64,000 nt of DNA. Origin: Nitrospirota bacterium. Lineage in GTDB: Bacteria > Nitrospirota > UBA9217. The notes beneath the pieces are model-generated. The model was not told the origin of the DNA. It did no database searches and saw nothing but the letters and a program-made list of their open reading frames with translations. This document shows, piece by piece, positions 31,278 to 41,063 of the stretch. Location of the stretch: positions 448,001 through 512,000 of the forward strand of contig CAWFSF010000005.1 of NCBI GenBank assembly GCA_963818475.1, written 5' to 3'. Made by a program: the position numbers and the translations under genes. Positions within the stretch are counted from its first letter, which is position 1, and every line of letters begins with the position of its first letter.

Positions 31278-32051
31278 CTAGGAAGCTGCCAGCAGCCTCC
31301 GTACCGCTTCGAGGCTGACATCGATATCGTCCTGCTCGTGCGCTTCGATCGTGTACACCGGCCGGGCGTTGTGACTGCGCAAATGCCGGAAGAACTTTTC
31401 GAAATCGACGGCGCCTTTGCCGAGGGCCCAGTGCGAATCCGCAGACCCGTCGTTGTCATGCAGATGCACCTCAAAAATGTACTTGCCCAGTCGCTCGAAC
31501 CATTGTTCCATGGTGACCCTGGTGAACAGGTTGAAGTGGCCCGTGTCAAAGCAGAACCCGAAGTCGGGGTGGCCAACCCGCTCAATGAGCAGGCACAGTG
31601 CCTCGGGGTCCTCGTCAAAAACATTCTCCACGGCCACGCGCACGCCGATCTTCGTGGCCGTATCCATCACCTTGCTCCAGGTCTCGATGCTGTTCTCGAG
31701 CCAGATGTCCGTCCGGCCGTTATAGCGCCACCGGTCGTATCCGGCATGGAACACCACCACGCGCGGCTTCAGCACGGCTGCTGCGCTCAGGATCCGGCTG
31801 AACCGCAGCTGGGTCACCGACCGGACCATGGGATCCACGGCGCCGGGATTGAGGTCCATGAACGGCGCATGGAGGCTGATCGAAGGCTTCCAGTCGAGGC
31901 TGCGGCAAAGGTTCTCCAGGTCCGCTTTCTCGACCTGGTCGAGCACAGCCGCCGACAGATAGATCTCGAGATCGTAGCGCCGGAGCCTCACCAGCTCGCA
32001 AAAATCCTTCATCCGGGGATAGGGAATGTGGACGTGGATCGGTTCCATCAC
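31278..32051 (-). CDS. Sugar phosphate isomerase/epimerase (AP endonuclease 2) TIM barrel
   Basis: HAPFMDLNPG, VENVF, CFDTGH, HLHDN, EAH. Confidence 0.88.
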   Translation of the reverse strand: MMEPIHVHIPYPRMKDFCELVRLRRYDLEIYLSAAVLDQVEKADLENLCRSLDWKPSISLHAPFMDLNPGAVDPMVRSVTQLRFSRILSAAAVLKPRVVVFHAGYDRWRYNGRTDIWLENSIETWSKVMDTATKIGVRVAVENVFDEDPEALCLLIERVGHPDFGFCFDTGHFNLFTRVTMEQWFERLGKYIFEVHLHDNDGSADSHWALGKGAVDFEKFFRHLRSHNARPVYTIEAHEQDDIDVSLEAVRRLLAAS

Positions 32052-32054
32052 GGC

Positions 32055-32339
32055 TCAGCTCTTCGACGGGCAGCCGCTTGCAGGACACGCCGCGCCGCAG
32101 GAGGGCGCCGGCTTCGGCTCCGCTTTCGATTCTGATGAATCCGCTTGTTTACGGTCGGCTGAAGGATAGTCGGTGGCGTACCAGCCGCTTCCTTTGAGCA
32201 CGAACGACGTGGGAGACAGCACCTTGCGCACGCCTTCCGCCTTGCACAGCTGGCAAACGGTCGGGGACGGGTCGCTGAACTTCTGCATCAGCTCAAAGCG
32301 GCCGCCGCAGGCACTGCACTCATATTCATATACCGGCAT
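32055..32339 (-). CDS. FmdB-family zinc-ribbon protein
   Basis: MPVYEYECSAC...CQLC...LKGSGWYATDY. Confidence 0.9.
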   Translation of the reverse strand: MPVYEYECSACGGRFELMQKFSDPSPTVCQLCKAEGVRKVLSPTSFVLKGSGWYATDYPSADRKQADSSESKAEPKPAPSCGAACPASGCPSKS

Positions 32340-32487
32340 GACGTGATCCTCCAAATAAATTTCAGGACTCGCATTATAACCAACCATGGGCATAAAAACA
32401 AGACTTTTTCGCAGGATACGGCCGTCTTGACACCGGGAAAGGGTCATGCTATTGTCACACCAGATCCTTTGTGCGGGGTGGTCCTTC

Positions 32488-32877
32488 ATGACGCGTCATG
32501 CTTCCCTATGCAGCATCCGCCTGATCCTCCTGCTCTTCCTGTGCACACCGGGTTGCGCAGGAGTTGCAAGAACGGAGGCCTTCAGACTGCCGGCGATCAA
32601 GCAGGACTGTACGACCTGCCATGGTTCCCACCGGAAGGACAACGGAACGCTGCCCCTTAAAAAACCGCTTGCCGAGCTCTGCATCGAATGCCACCCTGAA
32701 AGAATGGCGCCGGCAGAGCACAAGGTCGGCATCATTCCCTCCATGAACACGGGAACGCTTCCGCTCGCGGACAACAAACTCACCTGCATTACCTGCCACG
32801 ATCCGCACTCCAACCGCTACGGCCGTATGCTTCGCGTCCCGGCACAAGACCTCTGCCAGCGCTGCCACCTGCAATAG
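32488..32877 (+). CDS. Small tetraheme c-type cytochrome (paired CXXCH type)
   Basis: CTTCH, CIECH, CITCHDPH, CQRCH; hydrophobic N-terminus. Confidence 0.88.
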   Translation: MTRHASLCSIRLILLLFLCTPGCAGVARTEAFRLPAIKQDCTTCHGSHRKDNGTLPLKKPLAELCIECHPERMAPAEHKVGIIPSMNTGTLPLADNKLTCITCHDPHSNRYGRMLRVPAQDLCQRCHLQ

Positions 32878-33081
32878 ATCTCCCGGCGAAAAATCACATG
32901 AGTCCTTTGTTGCTGCAGAACAAAGGGCTGTTTTATTGTCTCTTCCGGCTTTAAAAAACATGCTGAAGAAAAGCGTTATCACGGATGTTCCACTCATTTG
33001 ACACTTTGCGGAAACTTTGATAGGCTTAAATCAGGATTACCCGACACAACAGGACGAACAGGAAAGGACTAGGGTGAGCAT

Positions 33082-33636
33082 ATGATCCTCGAACCGAAAA
33101 TCACCATAAAGGATTTTCCACCTTCAGAAGCACTAACAGCCAGGATACAGGAGCGGGTCGCAAAGCTGGACCAGTTCTACAACCGGATCACCGCCTGCAG
33201 AGTGACCCTCGAGCAGTCGCAACGGCGCCACCATCAGGGCAAGCTGTTCAATGTCAGGATCGACCTCACTGTACCGGGTTCTGAGATCGTAGTCAATCGG
33301 GATGAGCATGAAGACCCTTATGTTGTGATCAGAGACGCTTTCGATGCACTGGAGCGGAAACTGGAAAGCTATGTCAGAAAGCAGCGAGGCGAGGTTAAAG
33401 CCCATGTCGAAGTTCCGCTCGGCAGGGTGACCAAGCTCTTTCCGGAACGGGACTACGGATTCATCGAGACAACAGACGGGCGAGAGCTGTACTTTCACCG
33501 CAACAGCGTGCTCGAACCCGATTTCGAGAGCCTGCATATCGGGAGCGCAGTGACGTTCCTGGAGGAGCAAGGCAGCAAAGGGCCGCAGGCAACACGGATC
33601 GTGATGACGCACCAGCAGGTTCCCGCGCCTGTTTAA
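33082..33636 (+). CDS. HPF/RaiA ribosome-associated domain fused to cold-shock domain
   Basis: HPF-like N-terminus; YGFIETTDGRELYFHRNSV...KGPQA; TTGACA-17-TAGGCT promoter at 32998. Confidence 0.9.
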   Translation: MILEPKITIKDFPPSEALTARIQERVAKLDQFYNRITACRVTLEQSQRRHHQGKLFNVRIDLTVPGSEIVVNRDEHEDPYVVIRDAFDALERKLESYVRKQRGEVKAHVEVPLGRVTKLFPERDYGFIETTDGRELYFHRNSVLEPDFESLHIGSAVTFLEEQGSKGPQATRIVMTHQQVPAPV

Positions 33637-33774
33637 AAAAAACCATTTACCCCCTGCCTATCGTCTCCTCACCCTGCCCTCGCCCTCGAGGGAGAGTGGA
33701 AGATGAGGAGTATTGATTTGTCTTCGTGCCAACTCGTCTGCATGGATGTTGCATCCGCCTGTATCAGAAACGTA

Positions 33775-34730
33775 TCAGATATTTCCTGAGCCAAGTGCTT
33801 TTTTATGTTTATTCAGCTCCTTCACCAGATGAAAGCTGCTGCTCCGCATGAGCGGTTCTTTTGCCTGGTCAGGGTGCTGTTCATAAAGAAGCCCTCGCCT
33901 GCCCTCGAGCAGCGCGTCATTACTTCCCAGAAAGCCGGCCATGGTCACCACTTTTTTGCCGGCAGCTTCCGCCTTGGCATACACATCACGGATCTCATCC
34001 TTCCAGTTCTTATCCCGCAGCAGGTGGTGGTCGATGATCAGCGTTTCCAGCTTCGGCATCTCCAGAAGCCTGTTGATATTGAGATGGACGTGCGGAGATC
34101 GTCGAGGCTGAATCCCTGGCCGAGCATATACGTAAGCGGTCCGTCGAGGTAGAGCGTATCCGGTTCTTCCGAAAGGATGAACTGCATATGCTCATCGCGG
34201 CATGCTCCCACGATGTCGGAGCTGTACAGAAAGCATGAGGCTCCTTCCCTGACCGAGGCTTCGACGACCCAGCCCACCGTGGTATCCGGTCCGTGCGGCA
34301 CAGCCGGGGAAAAACGTAGGGAGGTACTGCCAAACTCGAACATGCGGTCATCGGCAAATTCGACCCGCCGCGGAAGGGTCCGGTAGCTCCTGACCAGTTC
34401 CCGCGCCCGTTCGCGCTGGCTCGCATTGATGGTCTCTGAGGGGTGCTTGATCAGGAGCACCTTGTTGTTAAAAACGATCGGCTCGGTGGGGTCGAAATGG
34501 TCAAAGTGGAAATGGGTAATGACGAGAATGTCGGCACGGGCTGCTTGGTCCTTGATCAGGCGCCAGCGCTCGTTCATGGCCCTGATCTCGAGCGGATGCG
34601 GCGCAAGGCCGGAGCGCGAGGGAGCAAGCGAGACGCCGGGATCGATCAGGATCTTGACATCCGCGGTCTCGATGAAAAATGCGGAACTGCGGACACCGAA
34701 GGATTCAGCTGCAAGGGGGGTAATGATCAT
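33775..34730 (-). CDS. MBL-fold metallo-hydrolase (UPF0282-like); frameshift near 34070
   Basis: AAESFGVRS, IDPGVSLAP, THFHFDH, VPHG, DHHLLRD. Confidence 0.85.
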
Positions 34731-34793
34731 TTTGTTTCTTTATTCCAAAAACGGCAGTTGCCCGCAGATGACCAACAGTAGGCGCTTCTAAGC

Positions 34794-34941
34794 GACGCAG
34801 ATTTACGCGGATAAACCAGGCATTCAAAAAAAAGACCATCAACCACAAAGGTGAGTATTTTTGTACCCGACAAGTTTTGATATCTGTCTTTACATTTCTT
34901 GATTTGCTTTTATCCGCGTTTATCAGATGTTATCCGCGTCC
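34794..34941. repeat. 9-10-mer palindromic element
   Basis: GACGCAGATTTACGCGGATAAA / TTTATCCGCGTTTATCAGATGTTATCCGCGTC. Confidence 0.8.
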
Positions 34942-34958
34942 AAAAGTTTTTTTCAAGT

Positions 34959-35697
34959 TTACTGCAATTCCTTCAGCAGCTCGATGCTCTGCCCCATCCC
35001 CTCTTCCGACGCGTCCAGTTCGAGGATAACCTGAAGGCCTTTTTTTCTTTTGATGAGCGCTTTCAGCGCATCGATCTCGCGGCATTCCGGCACCAGCGGC
35101 CAATGGTCCTTGATGCCGTACCGCTCTTCCGCCTTATGGTGTATATGCACAAAGCGCACCCGCTCGGCAAGGCGCTCCGGCATGGTGTCGATGAAGGAGA
35201 TCGAATCGATGTCCGCTGATTCCAGATGGCCGATGTCGATCGTGATCGAGACACTCTTCGGCGCCTGCAGCACGAAGCGCTCCCAGAACCAGGTCGCGTC
35301 GCCGGAGTTAAAGGCATTCTCGACCGAGATCGGGCAGAGGCTGCTCAGGGAGAACAGGTTCTCCTCGAACTGGGCCTCTTCTGCCACTGACAGCCTTCTG
35401 CCGTCAGCGCCGCCTTCGTCGTGAATGATGATGCCGAGGTCGCTTGCCGCAGCAAGCCTGCGCATCACGCCCAAGCGTCTGCTTCGCCTGCCCACCCGTC
35501 AGGGGGTACTCGAGGGGATGAAAGACCGTGCGAATACCGCGCGCTTTGCACACAGCTGCGATCTCGATGGCCTCCGTGACCGCCTGGTCCCCTTCAGCCA
35601 CTCCCCAGGCGGCCGCACGCCAGAGCGATATCTGGGCAAGCATAAGCGGCTGTATTCCAACGTCACCTGGCCGCACGATACGATAACCTAGCTGCAT
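34959..35697 (-). CDS. TIM-barrel (AP endonuclease 2-like) hypothetical protein; frameshift near 35480
   Basis: VFHP, IIHDE, SVEN, IDIGH, VHIHH, DHWPL, ILE. Confidence 0.65.
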
Positions 35698-35754
35698 ATA
35701 CGATTGACCCTCACTGAGGTTTTTCATTCCGCATTCCGCAATCCGAAATCCGCA

Positions 35755-36158
35755 TTTACGCTGCACCCGGTCCCCGGCCTTGATCCCCGATCCTGCTGCG
35801 GTCTCTACGACCCATTTGATCGCCTGGCCGGACGGATAGAGGTCCCGGCTGCCGGGCCTGCGGTCCGCATAGGTCCGGACCACCTTCTCATCAGGCCCGA
35901 CGAAGATGATATCTATTGCGTAGGAAACGCTTCCCATCCAGAAACTGACCTCCTCAGGCTTGTCGAAGATGAACAGCGCGGCCTCATCGGCCCGAAGCGT
36001 TCGGAAGCCCTGCAACCCTCTGGTCCGCAATTGCGTGGTATCGCACAGGAGCACCACACGGAAGGTCCGTTGGGCCCGGACGGACCTGAGGGCACCACCG
36101 TCACGGTCAGCTGTTTTTCCAGAGCGTTAACGACAGGAATTTCTGCGCCCTGCGCCAT
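35755..36158 (-). CDS. DUF192-family domain, either a separate gene or a C-terminal fusion to the transporter
   Basis: RTRGLQG...ALFIF...SFWMGSVSYAIDIIF...WVVETAAG...GDRV; both boundaries uncertain because of indels. Confidence 0.7.
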
Positions 36159-37388
36159 CTTCACCTCGATGGCCAAGTACCAGGATGCCGACCACAATGG
36201 TCGCTGCCGTGATCAGCGCCCCGGCACGGAAGTATTCCATGAACCCGATCTCGATCCGTTTCCTGGCCTGCTGCGCTACGATGAGATTCGCCACCGACCC
36301 GATGAGCGTGAAGTTCCCTGCCAGCGTACTGCTCATGGCCAGGGCAAGCCAGAGGAAATGATCGCTGCCGAGCGACAGCATGAGCGGCTTCAGCAGCATC
36401 ACCGCCGGAACGTTGCTCACGAGGTTCGACAGGACCACGGATATCGCCGACAGTCCTGCGATCCTGCCGATAGGCGAAAGCGCCTGGAGGTCGCCGGCCT
36501 TCCCGATGAGCAACAGCGGCAAGCCCCGACACCTCCACACCGCGCATCACGATGAACAGGCCGGCGAAAAAGAGCAGGAGCGTCCAGTCCACCCCTTCCA
36601 GGATCCGCTCCGTGCGGATCCCGCCGATCAGCAGCAGCACGACCGCCCCGGCTATGGCGGTAAGCGAATAGGGATAGCCCAGCGAGAACGCCGACCAGTA
36701 TCGCCGCACAGACCAAAAGCGCCCTGACAAGCAAAGGTTTATTGACCTCATACACCGGCATGGCAGGTCGCGTGGAGAACGCGTCAGGCCTCATCTCCTT
36801 CCGGTACAGGAACCAGATGACGGCCACGCTTATGGCGAGACCTGCGATGGCAACGGGAAAGAGCGCAGCCAGAAAGGTCAGATAGGGGATCTGTGAGTAG
36901 ATGCCGATGAGCATGTTCTGGGGATTGCCGGTCACGGTCATGACGCTGCCGATGTTCGATGCTGTAGCCAGCGCGAGCAAATAGGGCATGGGATTTACGC
37001 CGAGCTGGATCGTTATGGCCAGGACGATCGGCGTATAGAGCAGGCAGATGGTATCGTTCACGAACAGGGCCGAGAGCAGCCCTGCCGAGAGGGCGATGAA
37101 GACAAGGAGCTGGAGCGGCGTGCGGGAGCGCGAAAGGATCTTGTCTGCCATGAGCTCGAAGAACCCGGCGGCCCGGAGATAGACCGTGATGATCATCATG
37201 CCGAGCAGGAGCAGCAGCGTGTGCAGATCAACCGCGCTGAAGGCCTGGTCAAGGGTCAGGACGCCGAAGACGACCATCAGCACGGCGCCGACCAGGGCGC
37301 CTGCCGGCCGGTCGATATGCACCCGCGGGATCTGGCGCAGGCCGATGAATATATAGGTGATGATGAAGATGACCAGCGCGGTTAACAC
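36127..37388 (-). CDS. ArsB/NhaD/CitMHS (IT superfamily) anion permease; frameshifts
   Basis: IDRPAGALVGA, SALFVNDTIC, ASNIGS..GNPQN, SNLVSNVPA, STLAGNFTLIGSVANLIV. Confidence 0.9.
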
Positions 37389-37494
37389 GGCCGTCAGTGT
37401 ACCATGGAAGCGGGTGAGGAGTCCAGCGGGAGTGAAGATTGGCCATTAAGGAAGGATTTGCAGTTCAGCTAAAAACGCTTTATACTACAGCCTC

Positions 37495-38142
37495 ATGAGA
37501 AAATCGTTCGCTCGACATATCCTGTACCTGATAGCACTGGTACTGCTCTCTCCCGCCATGGCAAACAGTGCGACCGCCGCTTCGGTTCTTCACGATTTCA
37601 AAAGCGACGGATGCAGCCTCTTCCCTGACGGGAACCTGGAGCATCGGGAGCTGTGGTGCGACTGCTGCTTTGCGCACGATATCGCCTACTGGCAGGGCGG
37701 CACGCAAAAGGAACGCAAGCAGGCGGATGAGACGCTTCGTGACTGCGTCATCGACCGCACGCAGAACAAGGCGCTGGCAGACCTGATGTATGATGGCGTC
37801 CGTACAGGCGGCCATCCCGCGTTCCCGACCTGGTATCGCTGGGCCTATGGCTGGAGCTATGGACGGGGTTACAAGCCGCTCACGGAAGAGGAACAGCAAC
37901 AGTCGAGGGAAAAGCTTGATCAGTTTTTCAAAAAACACCCCGACGGATATTGCGGGAACCGATCAAACCAAAAAACGAGCGATGAATGGAGGGCGGCCAT
38001 GACAACAAGCATCAATGATGAACCGCTTGACCATTCTGCTGGTCCTGTTATGTGTCACGACCCTCTCTGCGGCATCGCCCCAGACCCGGCCCGAAACATG
38101 GGCACAACCGTTAGCGACCAAAAGCCTGAAGAATTTCTATAA
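37495..38142 (+). CDS. Secreted protein with phospholipase-A2-like CCxxHD motif; true 3' end probably near 38000
   Basis: Signal peptide; SDGCSLFPDG...WCDCCFAHDIAYWQGG...AD. Confidence 0.65.
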   Translation: MRKSFARHILYLIALVLLSPAMANSATAASVLHDFKSDGCSLFPDGNLEHRELWCDCCFAHDIAYWQGGTQKERKQADETLRDCVIDRTQNKALADLMYDGVRTGGHPAFPTWYRWAYGWSYGRGYKPLTEEEQQQSREKLDQFFKKHPDGYCGNRSNQKTSDEWRAAMTTSINDEPLDHSAGPVMCHDPLCGIAPDPARNMGTTVSDQKPEEFL

Positions 38143-38575
38143 GCTGGACGATCATGTGTACCGTTCAGCCCAGCCGGATGAAGAAGGATTTGCATATCTC
38201 CAGGCCCTCGGCGTGAAGAACATCCTCAATTTGCGTGACAACCATAAGGATGATCCGGGACCTAATAAACCCGGCCTGAACCTCTACCGCGTTCCCATGG
38301 ATGCAGGCAAGATCCAAGCTGCTGATGTTATTGCGGCCCTCCGCTTCATCAAACAGTCCGAAGGCCCTGTGCTTATCCATTGCTGGCACGGCTCCGACCG
38401 CACAGGAACGATCAGCGCCCTGTACCGGATCGTGTTCCAGAACTGGTCAAAGGAGGAAGCCCTCGACGAATTGATGCATGGCGGATTCGGGTATCACTCG
38501 ATCTACAAGAACATCCCGGAATTCATCAGACAGGCCGACATCATGAAGATCAAGCAGACGGTGTTCGCGCCCTAA
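38015..38575 (+). CDS. Secreted tyrosine/dual-specificity phosphatase family protein
   Basis: YRSAQP, HCWHGSDRTG (CX5R), signal peptide. Confidence 0.9.
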   Translation: MMNRLTILLVLLCVTTLSAASPQTRPETWAQPLATKSLKNFYKLDDHVYRSAQPDEEGFAYLQALGVKNILNLRDNHKDDPGPNKPGLNLYRVPMDAGKIQAADVIAALRFIKQSEGPVLIHCWHGSDRTGTISALYRIVFQNWSKEEALDELMHGGFGYHSIYKNIPEFIRQADIMKIKQTVFAP

Positions 38576-38633
38576 GCTGCACCTTTTGTTCTGTCGCCCC
38601 AATTATTGTTGAAGAAGGTAATTTCTCACCTCC

Positions 38634-39425
38634 ATGATCTACGAACTGTATGCATACTTAACGACGCCCTGCCCGCAATACATCCGGCACATGGACTACC
38701 TCTCTGAAGCAAATGCCATGAAAAGCAGGTACGAACGCAACCGGACCGCGTGGCAGCCCCACTTGGAGCAAACTCGCCAGGCCATTCTGTCTGCTGCCGC
38801 AGAAAACAGGAACCGAAGCAAAGTTGTCATTCTCGGTTCCGGACTGCTACTCGACGTACCGCTCAACGAGCTGTCATCGATGTTTCACGAGGTAGTGCTG
38901 CTGGACATCGTTTTTTTGCCGGAAGTATACAAACGCGTCAGGCAATACGGGAATGTGAGACTCGTTCAGCATGATGTGACGAACATGGCACAGAAACTTT
39001 ACGAGAACATCCGATCGGGACAAACTGAACTCCCGAATGCGGCGCCATCACTTGCCGAAATTGATGAAACGACCGGACTCGTCGTCTCACTGAACCTCCT
39101 TTCCCAGCTGTGGGTCATGCCGCGCACCTACGCGCTCAAGAAGCTGCGCAGCCTGAATGAGGAGAATGTCGATGACTGGTGCAGACAGATTACGAATTCA
39201 CACTATGCATTTTTGCAATCGCTGGCCTGTCCTGTCTGCCTTATTGCTGACCATGAATTCGTTAAACGCGATCGGGAAGGCTGGATCGTCAGCCAGGGAT
39301 CGACCATAGCAGGCTTGGCACTACCTGAGCCGGAGGTCTCCTGGACATGGAACATCGTGCCCCTGGGGGGAAAAGACCGGTTTCTTTCAAAAGAGCTGAA
39401 GGTTGGCGTGTGGCAGATGCGATGA
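38634..39425 (+). CDS. Hypothetical protein with SAM-methyltransferase-like motif
   Basis: VVILGSGLLLDVPL...VLLDI...SLNLLSQL. Confidence 0.6.
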   Translation: MIYELYAYLTTPCPQYIRHMDYLSEANAMKSRYERNRTAWQPHLEQTRQAILSAAAENRNRSKVVILGSGLLLDVPLNELSSMFHEVVLLDIVFLPEVYKRVRQYGNVRLVQHDVTNMAQKLYENIRSGQTELPNAAPSLAEIDETTGLVVSLNLLSQLWVMPRTYALKKLRSLNEENVDDWCRQITNSHYAFLQSLACPVCLIADHEFVKRDREGWIVSQGSTIAGLALPEPEVSWTWNIVPLGGKDRFLSKELKVGVWQMR

Positions 39426-39440
39426 ACCTGAAAAGAAATT

Positions 39441-39643
39441 TTGGACGCAGATAAAATCTGATGAACGCGGATAAGTGCAAACAGTAAATCTTTTTTGATT
39501 CTAAGGAGACTCCCCGTCGCAGTGAAGGTGCTTCTTCCTGAATGCTTGGCTTATCTGCGACGATCTGCGTCCATCTGCGTCCAACTACCGTTGTTAGGTT
39601 TATCCGCCCTTATCCGACGTTTCCGCCTCCTTCCGCGTCCAAA
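39441..39643. repeat. 9-10-mer palindromic element with extra arm
   Basis: Left arm is 33/34 identical to the reverse complement of 51958-51991. Confidence 0.85.
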
Positions 39644-39656
39644 GGTTTTTTATCAT

Positions 39657-39700
39657 AAAAAAAGGCCGCTCCCCACGCATCTCTGCGCTCGGAGCGGCCT
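39657..39700 (-). terminator. Intrinsic terminator
   Basis: AGGCCGCTCC/GGAGCGGCCT stem followed by a T-tract on the minus strand. Confidence 0.75.
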
Positions 39701-39717
39701 CGTAACGATCACTGTTC

Positions 39718-40929
39718 TTACTTTTCCTTCTGGTCCATCTTCGCCTTCAGCATGTCGCCAAGCGATCCCATGTTCTGCGGCGCATCAACGTTCTGCTTTT
39801 TGTAATCCTTGACCGTATCTGCTTCTTCCTGCTCTGCGCGGCTGATCGATGCAAGCGAGAGCGAAAGCTTTCTGTTCGCACGGTCCACGGCCTCGATCCG
39901 CACTTCGATGACCTGCCCTTCCTTCACCACTTCACGGGGATGGGCGATCCGCTTTCCCCGCCGCCCAGCTTCGAGATATGGATCAGCCCGTCCAGGCCTT
40001 CGGCCAGCGTCACAAAGGCGCCGAAGGTGGCAAGGCGGGAGACCGTCCCGGTGTGGTAGGAGCCGATCGGGTAGGTGTTCACCACCTGCTCCCAGGGATC
40101 GGGCAGCGCGTCCTTCAGGCTGAAGGAGAACCGGTCCTTTTCCCAGTCGATCTTCTTGACGATCACGTCCACCTGCTGGCCCACGGACAGGATGTCGCTG
40201 ACCTTCTCGGTCCTGGTCCAGGCGATCTCGGAGATCGGCAGCAGCCCTTCCAGGCCGCCGATGTCGACGAATGCGCCGAAGCTCTGGATGGAGGTCACGG
40301 TGCCGCGGAGCTTGGCGCCCTCCTGCAGCGTCTCTCTCCAGGCCTGCTTTCTTGACCTTCTTCTCCTCGTCCAGGAGCGGCCTGCGGGACAGAACGATGT
40401 TCCGTCCGTTCTCGGCGAACTCGATGATCTTGAAGGGGAGCGTCTTGCCCACGTAGTCGGCCTGCTTCTCGTCGCGCCGTACGCCCATCTGGGAGAAGGG
40501 GCAGAAGGCGCGCGCGGTGCCGCCGATCTTGACCTCGAAGCCGCCCTTCATTTCCTTCACAACGTGGCCGTCAACAGGAAGACCGTTCTTCCAGGCATCC
40601 TCGAACTGCGACTGCTTGCCCGGGCCGGACCCGATCTTCGTGGTAAAGTGCATCTCGTTATTGCTGGTGTTGACGAAATAGACGCGGACCGTATCGCCTT
40701 CCTTGACCGTCAGCTTGCCCTCGGCATCGACCAGTTCCTTCCGGTCCAGGTAGCCCTCGCCTTTTCCTCCCAGGTCGAGGAATATCCATTCTCCCGAGAT
40801 CTTGACGATCATGCTCTCGATCATCTGGCCGGGCGAAAGCCGCTCCTGCTTTTTGAAGCTCTTTTCGAACATGTCGGCGAAGTTCTCTTCGCCCTCTGCT
40901 GCGTGTGCTGCCTGGTCGTTGGTATCCAT
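39718..40929 (-). CDS. rpsA: 30S ribosomal protein S1 family, short four-domain form; compensating frameshifts
   Basis: FADMFEKS, GGFEV, AFCPFSQ, FGAFVDIGGLEGLLPISE, FGAFV..GLIHIS, KLSLS. Confidence 0.85.
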   Translation of the reverse strand: MDTNDQAAHAAEGEENFADMFEKSFKKQERLSPGQMIESMIVKISGEWIFLDLGGKGEGYLDRKELVDAEGKLTVKEGDTVRVYFVNTSNNEMHFTTKIGSGPGKQSQFEDAWKNGLPVDGHVVKEMKGGFEVKIGGTARAFCPFSQMGVRRDEKQADYVGKTLPFKIIEFAENGRNIVLSRRPLLDEEKKVKKAGLERDAAGGRQAPRHRDLHPELRRIRRHRRPGRAAADLRDRLDQDREGQRHPVRGPAGGRDRQEDRLGKGPVLLQPEGRAARSLGAGGEHLPDRLLPHRDGLPPCHLRRLCDAGRRPGRADPYLEAGRRGKRIAHPREVVKEGQVIEVRIEAVDRANRKLSLSLASISRAEQEEADTVKDYKKQNVDAPQNMGSLGDMLKAKMDQKEK

Positions 40930-40947
40930 AAAGTCCCCTTCTTTTTA

Positions 40948-41058
40948 GAAATTTCAAATTACAAATCTCAAATAACAAACAATATTCAATAACCAAACGT
41001 TTGGAACTTGGAGCTCTGGTTATCTATTTGTTCTTTGGTGCTTGTTATTTGGTGCTTA
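40948..41058. repeat. 7-mer tandem palindromic element
   Basis: AAATTTC-AAATTAC-AAATCTC-AAATAAC / TTTGGTGCTTGTTATTTGGTGCTT. Confidence 0.8.
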
Positions 41059-41063
41059 CCTAA

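Noticed and set aside
29441-31624. 727-aa TPR ORF with a long N-terminal extension
   Set aside because: The extension overlaps the TIM-barrel gene; the lipoprotein signal begins at ATG 31195
35404-36057. DUF192 fused to the downstream TIM-barrel protein
   Set aside because: The read-through crosses a heptamer repeat, and the downstream gene has its own RBS and ATG at 35697; probably an indel at the DUF192 stop
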